A program made the position numbers and the translations under genes. Of a DNA stretch of 64,000 nt, positions 1 through 13,100 are shown in pieces. The notes under the pieces were generated by a model that had not been told where the DNA came from, made no database searches, and was given only the letters and a program-made list of their open reading frames with translations. Every line of letters begins with the position of its first letter. The first letter of the stretch is position 1. The stretch lies in assembly GCA_028023455.1 (NCBI GenBank), contig JAQFVV010000006.1:248001-312000 (forward strand), given 5' to 3'. The stretch is from Epiperipatus broadwayi (lineage: Eukaryota > Animalia > Onychophora).

Positions 1-116
1 GTTGCCTCAACAACAGATTGAGATTGTTAATAATATTGGTATTGTTTAAATGATAACTGCTTTCATATATTTGCATTGAATACCTATCTCACCTTGATCA
101 TTATTAGGTTTATATA

Positions 117-545
117 TATATAAATTTATAAATAAATATTAGAAAATACAGTACTTAAAAGTTTATAAAAATATATCTATAACCGTCACTTAGAAGCGCT
201 TTCAACTATTCTTCTAGTTTTTGTCAACTAATGTCAGCTTTCCCATAATTCCATGTCAACTTTCCCATAATTCCGTAATCTTTGTTTTCTGCTTGCCTAT
301 TAATTAAATCTTGCTTGTATTTATATACTAACACCGCTTCTTTAATTAATAGGCAAGCAGCAAACGTTAAAATCAAGGAATTATGGGAAAGTTGACATCA
401 TGGAATTATGGGAAAGCTGACATTTTAAAATATTAGTTGACAAAAACTACAAGAATAGTTGAAAGTGTTTTTAAGTGACAGTTATAGATCTATTTTTATA
501 AACTTTTAAGTACTGTATTTTCTAATATTTATTTATAAATTTACG
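117..545. mobile_element. Long inverted repeat (~190-bp arms, 32-bp spacer 309-340), PLE pseudo-LTR-like
   Basis: The arms are reverse complements, each contains a short internal tandem (tcaactttcccataattcc), and each carries an HHR motif. Confidence 0.75.
190..231 (-). ncRNA. Minimal type I hammerhead, U3-A8 variant
   Basis: UUAG UUGACAA A AACUA gaagaa UAGUU GAAA GCGC UU CUAA: stem I UUAG/CUAA, 5-bp stem II, palindromic stem III AAGCGCUU. Confidence 0.7.
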
Positions 546-1118
546 TATATTATTTTGAAGAAATACAGACATCGATTTGTAATATTATTAATATATATAT
601 ATTTTGTTATGGGTACTCCTTACATCCCTCCAATACCAATTACACACCTTGTGGCCTAATCTGAATCCAAGACCCATGATATTAGCGTTATTTATTAATC
701 ACTAGATTAATAAAAATTAAAGCACTAAAATTGACAAACCATTAACTGCAACACAAATTTTAAACCCCAACCTAATTATACTGTAAATATATCTCTCTCA
801 ATTAAATTACAAGACACATGATAACTAATCTTCAGTAATTCTTAACTTGTTAAATGTGTTATAACTCCAATACACTATAACAATGCATAGTAAATAAGAT
901 CGGATAAAATGAACACAATCAAGAAATGAACATTTGTATTAAAGAAATATCAAATAAAGATTTTAGTGTTATTAACAAATTATATATATTAATATTCATT
1001 AAAAATGACATGAACAATGGACCTAAATGATATTCACGAACTTGTTTTTCTATGAACGAGCTTCTTCTCCAAAAAGATATAAAATTTCGTTAGTTGGCTG
1101 ACTTACTGCAAACCTAGC

Positions 1119-1824
1119 CAATAGTCAAATATGTTTAAAAATACATATATACAAGCAACAAAGATTACAAATTATAAAATTATTATATAAAAGCCTTTTT
1201 CGGCAAATTATGTTTTTTTGCCCTTTTCAATATGTCTCCACGATTTAAAGCACATACAGCGACATCTATATCAACACATGAGAGAAGATAGATAAACAAA
1301 TGGATATTTGACATGATCTATTATGTGATTTTTTTTCCCCCTCAATTCTACTACAAAATTACTCTGTTATATATATTGAATGGATATATATCCACATATA
1401 TTAATTAATTAACTATCCATTCTTTATCCATTAACCACTTATTATTTAACTTAATGGATGTTTTGTATATATTCATACAGTTGTTTTTATTATACATGAT
1501 GTAGTTTGTTTCATATATTTTATGTCTATTAACATAATTAATATATGTGGATATATATCCATTCAATATATACAACAGAGTAATTTTGTAGTAGAATTGA
1601 GGGGGAAAAAAAAATCACATAATAGATCATGTCAAATATCCATTTGTTTATCTATCTTCTCTCATGTGTTGATATAGATGTCGCTGTATGTGCTTTAAAT
1701 CGTGGAGACATATTGAAAAGGGCAAAAAAACATAATTTGCCGAAAAAGGCTTTTATATAATAATTTTATAATTTGTAATCTTTGTTGCTTGTATATATGT
1801 ATTTTTAAACATATTTGACTATTG
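1119..1824. mobile_element. Near-perfect inverted repeat (288-bp arms, 129-bp spacer) with HHR-like motif
   Basis: Arms 1119-1406 and 1536-1824 are almost identical. The 12-bp direct repeat aaacctagccaa occurs at 1110-1121 and 1918-1929. Motif UUGAAAA G GGCAAA..UUUGCC GAAA AAGGCUUUU A at 1709-1758. Confidence 0.75.
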
Positions 1825-2362
1825 TATACTTGAAGTGCAACATAAAAAAAGAATTGGTTTTAATTCTGATTCTTTTTCTGTATAGTAATTTCGATATTAT
1901 TTATAACGTTACTTTTGAAACCTAGCCAACTATCTGATATAGGTTGGCAAAATGTTAAGTAGCTATTTTTAGCTAGCGAATGAAATAAGAATGACCAGCC
2001 ATTCCAACTTTCATCTTCTAACAATTGGAAAGCCTGAGTGAATAATGCCTTACCCTATATTGTTGTCTGCTGGAAAAGCCTTTGCTCTACAGTGGATTAT
2101 TTATAAATATTTTTTTAAACTCTTTTATACAGTAATTGCAATAGCAATCGAGTCTGAATCTTAATAAAATTTTAAGTGAGATGAAATTCCAAAAACCTTT
2201 TAAAGACTTACATCAGACTATTTCTAATCCCATTTGTAATTTCACTAACATTTTTAATAGATTTTGTATCATATTCTACTATAACATAATTACAATTAAA
2301 ACAATTCAAATTCTATACAGCAGAAAAATGTAGAGAATTATGCAGAGAGCTAATATTCTTAC

Positions 2363-2546
2363 TGATCCTGCGATGATCATGCAGCCAAGCTGGTCCACAA
2401 TCAGAACATCAAGTTGATTGGGAGGCTGACAGAAGCGTTGCTGAAAGATCTGCAAGATAGACTCAACAGTTTTAGGGGTATCTTTTAGAGCCACAGCAAT
2501 ATGACCCAACATCAAGATAGTTGTCATAGAAATCAAATTTGATTCG
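2363..2546 (-). CDS. PI4KA: PI4KA exon: (S)[25 protein letters not shown]...[27 protein letters not shown]
   Basis: tttag acceptor, gtaaga donor, 184 nt phase 2->0. Matches [13 protein letters not shown]...[22 protein letters not shown]. Confidence 0.97.
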
Positions 2547-3504
2547 CTAAAACAATATATATATATATATGTTAATAAATATTTCCATGAATAAAAGATA
2601 ACTTACATTTTTTCAGGTTCTTCCATATTTTAAGGACAGGCAGGAGATCATTCATGACTGGAAAGATCAATATTTAGGTGAAAGTATTCAAGTCATTAGT
2701 GGCACCATGGGTGTTGACCAAAAATGCCTACCAATACTTTTTTTATAAAATCACAACTATTTTCTCCATGCAGTTGCAACTAGATTGTGAAAAAGAAATG
2801 GGAAGTGTTAATGAAACTTCATTTTTTGACACTATGGATACCCTCAACAGTGAATAAGATCCACTTTTAGAATTGTTTAATTACAAATGGTCAATTTTCT
2901 ATCCTTAAAAACAGAAGAACCTGAAATGCATTTGATATATACATGTATAATGTTAATGTTAATTCTAATTTCTAAACTATATAGAATTTTTCTATGATTA
3001 TTCAAATAATAATATTTGACAAAAAAAAAAAAGCAACAAACAACCAATCTCTGCTGGACATATATATCTGTCGTAACAGATGTCATCAGTCACCTGGAAA
3101 TCAATCGACACTCTATCAAACACAGCAACTCAATCTATATTTAAGCACTATCACAATATTCATCTCAATATTAAAGTGTGAACATAAATTTAGCAGCAAT
3201 TTAACAAAACCCTCTTTATAATAGCCTAATGTCAATAGACATCACAAAGCTTTTAATCAGACCATTTTTAAATAATTTTGCTTTCAAATAAACATTTAAA
3301 TATGTAAATAATTAATTAAATACTGTATAAATATATAAAAATATTACTAACATCAATTTTAATTTAAACTCTCCATAGAATTTTCCATAATCTTTCATCA
3401 AATATTGTCACTTAAAAAATTGTGGAAAATTCCTATGGTGGGCATAAATTGATATTAACTTTAATAATAATATTATATATTTATGTTATTTAAATAATTA
3501 TATA

Positions 3505-4406
3505 CACCTGGGTCTCATTTTATGCGGATTTTAATGCAATTTTGAAGCTATGCGATTCATACTTTTTCTTAATATCTTTCATATTTCACTATATTTATTA
3601 GATATCAAGAAATTTAAATTATTAATAACATTTTGACTTGAAATACTTTTTTTTTTTTTTTTTTCAAAAATATAACGTTATATTAGCAGCTAACATGAAT
3701 ATGGCCTGAAGCTGTATTTAGAATCTTAGCTTCTATGTAAATAACCTACTTATACTAATGAGTAAATAATAATAATAGATTATACTTACGTATAAAAATA
3801 TCACAATAAATATTCAAAAATTTTTAACTTTTAAAATGTATTTTGTTAGATATAACAGAAATAATTTTTTAGATTGTTAAAATAAATAACTAAGATTTTA
3901 TTGATTTTTTAAACTGAAAATACTCTTTCTAATGATAATGTATAATCTTTTTGTTTTGGTTGCGATCTCATTTTTTAAATATAGAATCAGAAAACCATTA
4001 GCACAGCACAAAACTGAAAGTGGCGCTAGTTGTACATCACATCACGAATCTGATTTTTTACTAGTTCACAAACGAACACATATTGTCAAATAGTGGTAAT
4101 GATTAAATATGTATGAAAAAATGTAAAATTAAATATCGTAGTTAATAAAAAAAAGTAAAAAAAGTTTGTCTTGTATTGATTTTTTTCAAATATTTGAAAT
4201 TTTTTATTTGTCATACTTTATTTCCTTATTTTTTTTAATGCAAATTTTAAAGTAATTTTTCCTTGTTGCTTTACTTTTATACGATTTTTGAAAATTACTG
4301 GAACCTATCCCCCATTTTTCAAGGTAAGTTAAGTCTATTTTTGTGTGATTTCTTTTGTGCGCATTTTTTGAGGAACCTATCTACCGCATAAAATGAGACC
4401 CAGGTG
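3505..4406. mobile_element. Non-autonomous Tc1/mariner-pogo-like DNA transposon (family D), 902 bp
   Basis: TIR CACCTGGGTCTCATTTTATGCGG at both ends, flanked by TA. A homologous copy lies at 38715-39933. Confidence 0.85.
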
Positions 4407-4699
4407 TATATAATTTAAAAAATGATTTAGCATTTTTTTTAACAATTCTTTGCACTGGCAATTATTGTTAAATAAAGATAAATTTGTGGCAAATGTACTA
4501 TCATCATCATTTTTAATTTATAGCATGTGCAATGTATGTGTAAAAATTGGTATGTTACTTCATAAATAAAAAATTTCTGTAGCCAATCTCTGAATATAAT
4601 TTGGTGAACATTAAATATTTATAGTTTTCCGATAGATCAGCTTCTATACTATTTTCACAAATATTTATTTCGACATTAATAATGCTTTCCATTTCCCTT

Positions 4700-5225
4700 G
4701 AATATCACGTGAACACTATTTCCTACAGTTACACAAGCTGTTAAAACAGAGGCAAAACCCTCCATATAGTAGTGCCACCCAGTACAAGCCAGAGCAATCA
4801 ATGGCTGCAGGAGGGTTTAGTGCATAAAATCCATATCTAGTGCTTATTCATTTAATATTCCCAGTCTAGTTTCTAGCTTGGGACTTTCATCAGAGAGGAG
4901 CCCTGAATCTGAGAGCACTGCAACTAGATCTTAGGATCTATAATAAGCTTGGATTAAAAACATTATTGTGTTTTCCTTTTGGACTCATAGCTTTATAGTT
5001 AACTAAAAAAGTAAAAAGTGGCTGCTGGAGGGTTGCGTTAGATCCTAAGGTCTAACTGCAGTGCTCTCATATCCAAGGCTCTGCACTGATGAAAGCCACA
5101 AGCTAGAAACTAGTCTGAGGATATTGGATGAAGTAGGCAACAGAGAGGGATTTTATGCACTAAATCTTCTTGCATCCATTGATTATTCTGGCTTGCACTA
5201 CTATATGGATTGTCTCTGTTTTACT
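4700..5225. mobile_element. Family A HHR element, inverted pair (minus copy ~4700-4945, plus copy ~4950-5225)
   Basis: Matches the family consensus. Intact core on plus: CTGATGA 5086-5092, GAAA 5106-5109, GTC 5113-5115. Confidence 0.85.
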
Positions 5226-5339
5226 TCTAATACTTTTTTTAATAAAAAAATTACTATAAATAAAGTATTTAAGTAGTCTTCATTATCTTCCTATGAAAAT
5301 TTATTTAAGATTAGATCTAAAATAATTTTTAGAAATACC

Positions 5340-5920
5340 TTCTTGAAAAGCTGGTTGGCCCTATTTGAGATTGCAATGCAAGCACTTTATGAATAGCCTC
5401 TACCCTATTCTACTGATGAATATTGTGCCCTTGTTTGGGTAAAAAAGGCTCACATTAAACTTCTATACACTGAATTCCTACTCTTTCACATATTCTTCTA
5501 CCCGACATTTTACTCAAGATATAGTTTCACTAAGACTTGTCTCAAATCAAGATCCTCTTTTCTTGATGTTCAACTGAGAAAACTTCAACTAAAAAAAACG
5601 TGATATTTTGTGAGCTTCCAGACAAATTTTTTTTTTCAGATTCCGCAATAAGGCTATTTGGATTTGATCTTCTTAGATGTTACTAGATTTTCATTAACAG
5701 ATTCATGATAATCCATGGCCGCTGCAATCATATATTTCGTAACTGGAATTTAATAGCTTCTTACCTAGATAAATATGGAAAAACACAAATCGCGAACCAC
5801 AAACCATATATTTAATGAACACGAAAGCTGAGCTTACAATGACAGAACCGAAAAACTTAATAAAGCTGCTAGTGATTCTATATCGTAAAATCTTCATAGT
5901 TTCTTCTTTGATATTTTAAT
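5340..5920 (+). mobile_element. Degenerate CR1/L2-like LINE 3' remnant
   Basis: EYCALVWVKKAHIKLL resembles the EYCSxVWxP...HIxLLE post-RT motif. Many stops. Confidence 0.45.
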
Positions 5921-6419
5921 AAGTTATCCATAAATAAAATCCAGATGTTATATAAATAAATAATAAAAGCCATATTCTAAATTATAACAATACAAGGCTC
6001 ATGGAATTGAATTCAAGGAAGTCTTGTCAACAAGTCTTAAACACCATTAACCTCAAATTAGAATAAGCTTGACTCTTATCTACAAAAGCAGATTTTGCTT
6101 GCTTTATTATAAAGTGTGAAAGATGAAAACATACACAGCTATTAAATGTGATGCAATTTATATTCAATTAACAAACCCAATTACATTTGGGATAGGTAGA
6201 AATTATAATCAATTCCATTTTTTATAAACCCTTACATTTATATATATATATACTATGTAGTATATTCTCTGACTCTTTTAATAATTAATAAATTTTACTA
6301 GCGCAGTGTTTAGATAGTAATTATTTAGAAAGTAATCATCCCTTCTATATCCACATTTTGAACTGTACAAGATGAGTCAAGTGATGAATGAGTAATGTCA
6401 GTCAGAATAGAAACAACAG

Positions 6420-6665
6420 ACCCACTAACCTTCAAACTGCAAATATATTCTCACCCCAGTCACAAGATAAGGACTTTGAGAAAATTAAAAATGACTGTTT
6501 TAATCAAATACAATTTAAAGTGAATGATTTATATTCTCACACTCTCACTTCTAGACACTGAAGATTGATTCATATAATTGCATTTGAGTTTGAAAATAAG
6601 ACTGTTCATCTTATTTTCCAAAAGTCTCTACCTTGTGATTGGAGTGAGAGTAGACTTGCAGTTTT
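6420..6665. repeat. Old inverted repeat, family H (related to 62470-63200)
   Basis: Degenerate arms aaactgcaa..tcacaag..gactttg / caaaagtc..cttgtga..ttgcagtttt, sharing motifs with the 62590 unit. Confidence 0.5.
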
Positions 6666-6779
6666 AATATCACTGTTTAACAGTGCTAGTGAGAAGATAT
6701 GATTATATTCTATAGAATTGTATCACTTTTAACTTGCAGTAGGGACAATAATCTACTTACTGATTTACTTTAGTCCTTA

Positions 6780-7325
6780 ACAATGGTCTAACATAAATGT
6801 GCCCATAATGTTGTTTCTAATAGTTAATAATAGTTCCAACACAACTGAAATAAAACAATTATGTAAAAATAATAAATATTTTCTTCATTATTGAACTGTT
6901 TTCCCCCCTATATCAGGGCCTTTTCAAAATAAACGTTCATTTTACATAATCATTTTATATTAGAGAAGTGTATTTTGAAAAGGTCCTAATATAGGGTGAA
7001 AACCAGTTCAATAATAAAGAAAATATTTATTGTTTTTACATAATAGTTTTATTTCAACTGTGTTGGAACCATTATTATTGAAAACAACACTATGGACAAA
7101 TTTACATTTTGCCCTATACTAGGGCCTTTTCAAAATACACTTTTCTAATACAATCACATGACCCTTATATCTATCAATACTCCCTCTATTATTCATTTAC
7201 ATAATATTAGAAAAGTATATTTTGAAAAGGTCCTAATATAGGGTGAAAACCGGTTCAATAATAAAGAAAATATTTATTATTTTTACATAGTTGTTTTATT
7301 TCAATTGTGTTGGAACCACTATTGA
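6780..7325. mobile_element. Family B pseudo-LTR-like repeats: two successive inverted pairs with HHR motifs
   Basis: Four related segments in -,+,-,+ order containing ttgaaaaggtcctaatatagggtgaaaacc(g/a)gttc or its reverse complement. Confidence 0.75.
7218..7260 (+). ncRNA. Minimal type I hammerhead, U3-A8 variant (family B)
   Basis: UAUU UUGAAAA G GUCCUA aua UAGGGU GAAA ACCGGUU C AAUA: stem III palindrome AACCGGUU, UUC site, stem I UAUU/AAUA. Confidence 0.65.
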
Positions 7326-7700
7326 TTAATTTTAGAGCCATTTGTTAAAAGTTTGAATAAACACTGGACATAAATAGCAATGAATTACAAATTCCCAAAA
7401 TAATTTTTGGTGGACTGATAAAAAAAGCAATCTTCCATTGGTTATTCAAGCTTACAGATGATAGTTTAAAATAGTGATTATTTTTCTAATGGACCCTATC
7501 TTTTAGTAAGTAGTTAGTGATAATAATGCAAAATTTTCATGTGATCACTTTAATTATATAATTTTTTTTGCATTCTATAATTATTCCAGAAAAAAAAAGA
7601 AACATTAAAAGCAAAATTATGATTCAAAATTCTAACTTAACATCAAACTAATAGCTAATGTTTTAAAATAATATTGATTCTAAACTTCAAAGTACGATAC

Positions 7701-7796
7701 CTATCACTCATTTCAGCACCGTAAAGTCGGTTTGAAACAGATGCAAGAAGAGCTTGAACACAATCGGGATCTATAGTTAAGCCAGCTTTTAATGCT
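7701..7796 (-). CDS. PI4KA: PI4KA exon: (K)ALKAGLTIDPDCVQALLASVSNRLYGAEMSD
   Basis: ttttcag acceptor, gtatcg donor, 96 nt phase 2->2. Matches [25 protein letters not shown]. Confidence 0.95.
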
Positions 7797-8399
7797 CTGA
7801 AAAAAAATAAAAACAACAATAATAAAAAACAAAAACTTATAACATAAACATAAAATGTAAATTTGATTTCCTTTCTGGATTGAAATATATTAATAAGTTT
7901 TAAAATTCACTGGAAAAAAAAGTCCGAGAATTACAATGGTGATTTTTTTGTAAAAGCAAATTATTATAAATTTGGCAAACTAGATCCAATAGTATTTAAC
8001 AAATATTACATTTTAATAATTTAACTTGTTAAATATTCATTGAATTTTTTTTTTTTATCATTCAAAAAAAAATACAGAACATGATTTTTAGAGAAAGTAA
8101 TACTAGAATTTTGAAAAATGAGTACATAATAAATATTGCCACTAATACAAAATAATATATATATATATTGACCCAATAATTAAAAATAGATATGTAAGTT
8201 TTTAAAATAATTTTTGTAATCAGATTAAAAGTTTACTATAGCATTAAAAACTGTTTTGTCTTCTTTTCTTTTTCTTTTTTGAAATAAAATTATTATTCAT
8301 CCTTCTTAATGTTTTATTAACAAATATATTTAATAATTTCTTTTGTTTACATTTTATTCAATGCAATATATTGTTTCTAAATTTAATTTATTTTTTTTC

Positions 8400-8800
8400 C
8401 CTTAGAGTTTCGACTATCAAGCAGTCTTCATCAGAACTATAAAAATATTTAAGTACATATGATTATGTAGAAAAATGATCTAATTATACTTAAAAATATA
8501 TACAAATTTTTATTTTAATTACAAGTATATAAAAATATTACATAAACTTCTAAAATTATAATTGATCTTAAATTTATATTCTTTGGTTATAAAAAATAAA
8601 AATTAACAAATATAAAATTATAAATATAAAATTGACCATATAAATATGTAAACAGAAAGCAATAATAGGACAAAATAATGTTAAATTTAGTAATAAATAA
8701 AATTAGAACATAAATTGAAGATCAAATGTAATTATAAAAGTATATGTAATATTTTTTTATACTTGTAATTAAAATAAGAATTATATATATATTAAAATAT
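8400..8800. mobile_element. AT-rich partial inverted repeat with degenerate HHR (8401-8440, minus)
   Basis: CUGAUGA A GACU gcuugau AGUC GAAAC on minus, but stem III and stem I are lost. Arms ~8510-8560 and ~8735-8790. Confidence 0.5.
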
Positions 8801-8849
8801 AATTATAATATATTGTTTTTCTGTGAAATCACATACATTTAAATCAGGA

Positions 8850-8960
8850 AAGTGTGGTGGGGTGATAAGGAGAAGAGAGGTAGAGATGGAAGAAGATGGA
8901 ATAAACACGAAAGTTCTTCACCCTGCAGTGGATTGACAATAATTGAAAATGATGATATAA
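8850..8960 (+). mobile_element. RTE LINE 3'-terminal fragment
   Basis: Similar to the 3' ends at 13680-13790 and 47570-47673 (ctgcagtggattga...gatgat). Confidence 0.55.
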
Positions 8961-10158
8961 TATATGTGTGATCAAATCTAAATCTGCCAGCTCCAATCCT
9001 CATGCATATTTCCTACAGCTGCCATATTACATGGAATACTTGACAGGTCATTCTGCAGGGTACATGCATTTCAAAAATAACTTTCTTTACTAACAGTCTT
9101 AGTGCTACTAATAATCCAGAATGATTTGTCAATTTTTTTCCACATAATGTAACAATCGTCGTAAATGTATTATCAGTGACAATGGAAGTTGATATCTTGC
9201 CAATTTCTTTACATGTAATTTAATGTACATTAATCTATTCATTACATATTTTGATATTTGATTTCTTAATTAAGATTTTAAATAAAACCAATCTCAGATT
9301 CTTCCTTTTGGTAATACAGAATTGTTTGTAATAGGTTAATTTATAGAGAGTGACAACAACCCAAACATTCATGCTTTAACACCAAATCACTGGCACTGCA
9401 GTATTAATATAAAAGAAGCTACTATATTTATATAGATTATGCCCCAAAATAGTTGATCTAAAGAAAATATTCCTTAATGCAAATATCCTATAGAATAATT
9501 TGTAATTTTTTTTCATATAATATGTCAGCTGCATTATAAATATATCACATATAAGAATGGGGCTAACATCTTTTCGCATTTATTTGCATAAAAGGGACAT
9601 TGGCCTATTTATTATATATATATAATGATTAATTATGATTCTGCTCAAAAATCGTTTATGTATGCAAGAGGTGATAGCCAACTGAAATGTTAGCCAGACC
9701 TCAGATTAGTGCTCAAATTTTAGTATTCAAGTTAATGACCAAAAATTATTCTAACATCCTACGATTTAGAATCCAAACAAATTGTTTGTTCATCTACATA
9801 TACTACAAGATGCTTTATTTTAGTTTATAAATAATAAATTTATATTTATAAATTAAAATAAAGCATCATAAAAAAATGTAATCCCTCTTAGAAGCCTTAA
9901 AGGAACTGAGCAGGGCAAATTCCTAAGGTCCACTCCAAATGTTCTTGCCATTCAGTTGTTATTACTATATGATTATTCATACGGTATGTGAACATGGATG
10001 GGCTGCTAACCAACATGCATTAGCAATGAGGTAAATTTATTGGCTTGCTGCCTCTGAATTTAAGATCAAGAAACATCATGGTTTTTCTTCTTCTTGAAGG
10101 CAAATAAAATGTGTGTGAGAATGATTTTTTTTTTGTTTTCTAATAAATACTTACAATC

Positions 10159-13100
10159 ATGACAAACAAAAATAAATCACAGTCCTAATTGCCAGGAAGT
10201 TGTAAAGTCACCAGCCAAGGAACGATTGGTGGCCGAAGACTAAGAGTGCTAAGAATATCCTGGTTGCAGACACAGGCTGCCATTTGATGACAACATTTTA
10301 TTTAGATACTTAGACCTTCAAGTGAAGGAAGATTGTAAAAATTAGAAGAACAGCTATCTCATATTAAATGGGATATTATTGAACTTTGTGAAGTTATAAG
10401 AAAGAAAAAAAGTGGACATGTACACTACTACTACTACAAAAAAAAAAACAAACATTGAAAATACAAATGGAGTAGGATTCATTATAGATAAAAAGTGGAA
10501 GAACAACATTGTGGAGATTGATGATATACCAGACAGAGTGGCAAGATTATTTATTCAACTTAATGCAGATAATTCAGGTTTATACCCCAACAGGTTCTCA
10601 TTGTGATGAAGAAGTAAGACTTTTATATGGATGTACAAAAGACTTTTGATCAGAGTAAACAACATTTTAAAATTGTCATGGGAGACTTTAATGCTATAAT
10701 TGATAAACAATTGAAAAGTAAAAGTATTGTAGGTAAATTTGATTGCGCTGATAAAAATTAGAGAGGATATAGATTTGTGGAGTTTGCAGAAAAAGAAAAA
10801 GTTAATATAATTTGTTTTTGTTTTTTGTTTTTTGAGAAAAATTTTAAACAAATGGATAGGGAAGCATTCAAATGAAGGCACAGCAGAACTGGATTACATT
10901 TTGACTAATAGGAAATATATATTTCAAGATTATAATGTTCTTAATAAATTCAACATAGGAAAAAATCATTGTTTAGTAGATGTAAGATATACGTTAATGC
11001 AAAACTAGAGACAAAAATTAAGAAAAACAATATTCTCAGTTGATATTCCTAATCACCAGAAACATTCTAATGAATATAAATTAAAATTTGCAAATCAATT
11101 TCAAATATTAACAGATTTTGAACATGATCAACAGGAATACAACAGATACACTTTTTAAAATTGCAACAAAGATAGCTGCTATAAAAAAGCAGCAATTGAC
11201 CAGTGAAATTTCTACTGGGTCAAGACAATTTATGAAAAAAGAAAGAAATATAAAAATATATAAAAACGATGCTTTAAGAAGAATCGAACATCACGAATAT
11301 TGTAAAATGGTGCGAAAAAGAGTTGATAATAATATAAGAAAGTATAATTGTGAACTAGCAAGAAGAGCTATAGAAGAAAATGCAAGTCTCAAGAGTGTAA
11401 AACAACATCTTGGTATTGGTAGGAAACTTATTTCTGTAATAAGAAAAAAAAAGACGGAACTATTACTAAAAAAAAGATGACATCATGAAATGTGTAGAAG
11501 AGTTCTATCAATAATTATATAGCAATAAAGAGCAAGGGAAGTATCTCCTACAATTACTATATATTCTGAATTTCCAAGAATTTTAAAATGAATAAGTGAG
11601 ACATAGGAAGTGAGTTCCAGTTCCATATTCAGAGCATTTATATAAGACATTGATAAAAGAAGAGTTACCTGATGATATTAAAATAGGATGGAAAAATAGG
11701 AAAACTTTAAGAAAATGGATGTGTAATTCAAAAAGGATGGTAATATTAAAAATAGGGTAGGGTTGGTTTATAAAATTACTTGTGACCTTTGTAATACAAT
11801 ATATATAGGTCAGACAGGAAAGACTGCCATGGAAAGAGGTAAGGTGCGTGATAGGGCAATTAACAGAAAGGACATAAGATCAGGGTCATATATACATTTT
11901 TTTAGATACTAGACATAAAATAAATTGCAAAAGTATGTTAAAAATTGCAAGGAAAAAAAATGTTATGAAACTCTGTATATTTAAGAAAATTTAAATAAAT
12001 GTGTATGTCAGATTATTATTATTGTTTTTTTTTTAGATTATTTATAAATATATATATTATAAGAGGGGGGAAGGATTGTAATAAGTTTAAACATTTTTAT
12101 GTACATATATGTATTTTACTAATTATATTTAATGTATGTATTTTAATAATTATAATTATAATAATGTTATGGAAATAATGTCCATTGGAGAGAATTGCTG
12201 TAGGGTAATTGATCATGTGATTGTGTAAAAAGAAACATCTTGAAAAGGTTCCATTAAGGAAAAAAACCAGATTGATGTATTAAATAATTTATTTATTTAT
12301 AGAGAATTGTCTACTTCAATTTTGTTTTAAATTGTTTAATTTTAATGAAATTAAATTGATGAAGGAAAAAACTTCAGGTAATGATGGAATTATAATTGAT
12401 ATCTTAAAAGGCGGTAAAAAAATAGAATTTTTTTTGGCAAAGTTATATACCAATTGTTTAAATGATAAAGATGTACCAGATAATTGGAAGAATGCAGTAT
12501 TAATATTAATATTTTAAAAAGATGATAAAGAAGATATTAAAAATTACAAACCTATCAGTTTTTTACCAGTTCTATATAACATTTTTACCAAAATAATTAC
12601 AATTCATCTACAGCGAACTGTGGATTTTAACCAACCAAAAGAACAAGATGAATTTAAAAGTGGTTTTAGTACAGTGGATCATATCCAAGTATTGAGGGAA
12701 ATTATAGAAATGATCAATAAATATAAATTGTCATTATGCTTTGGATTTGTAGTTATGAAAAGACATTTGATCCTATAAGCATTTATTCAATGAGTAAAGT
12801 ATTGGATTATTAAGGTATAGACCCAGGATATTGTCATATTCCGAAGACTTTGTAAAAATGCAACAACAATTAGATTACGTAATGATACTAAAAAGATTAA
12901 CATTGAGAAAGATTTATGACAGAGTGACTCCAAATCTCTAAAACTTTTTACAGCAGTTTTACAAGAGGTATTTTGTGGATTAAAATGGGAAGCTAAGGGA
13001 ATAAAAGTAAATGGTGATTATTTAAGTCATCTATATTTTGCAGATGATGGTAATTGTTTTTGCAAATGCTTTAGAACTTCAGAAAATGTTGCAAAAGTTA

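Noticed and set aside
2211-2282. Open minus frame ending in gtaagt as the next PI4KA exon
   Set aside because: The phase-0 reading hits a stop, the open frame is in the wrong phase, and the peptide is unlike PI4KA.
5703-5897. Hydrophobic minus ORF with an internal gtaag
   Set aside because: It is antisense to a CR1-like remnant and does not fit the complete, phase-consistent PI4KA exon chain.
10080-10330. HDV-like ribozyme at the RTE 5' end
   Set aside because: These are known in some RTEs, but no nested double pseudoknot could be traced here, and the region reads as ORF start.
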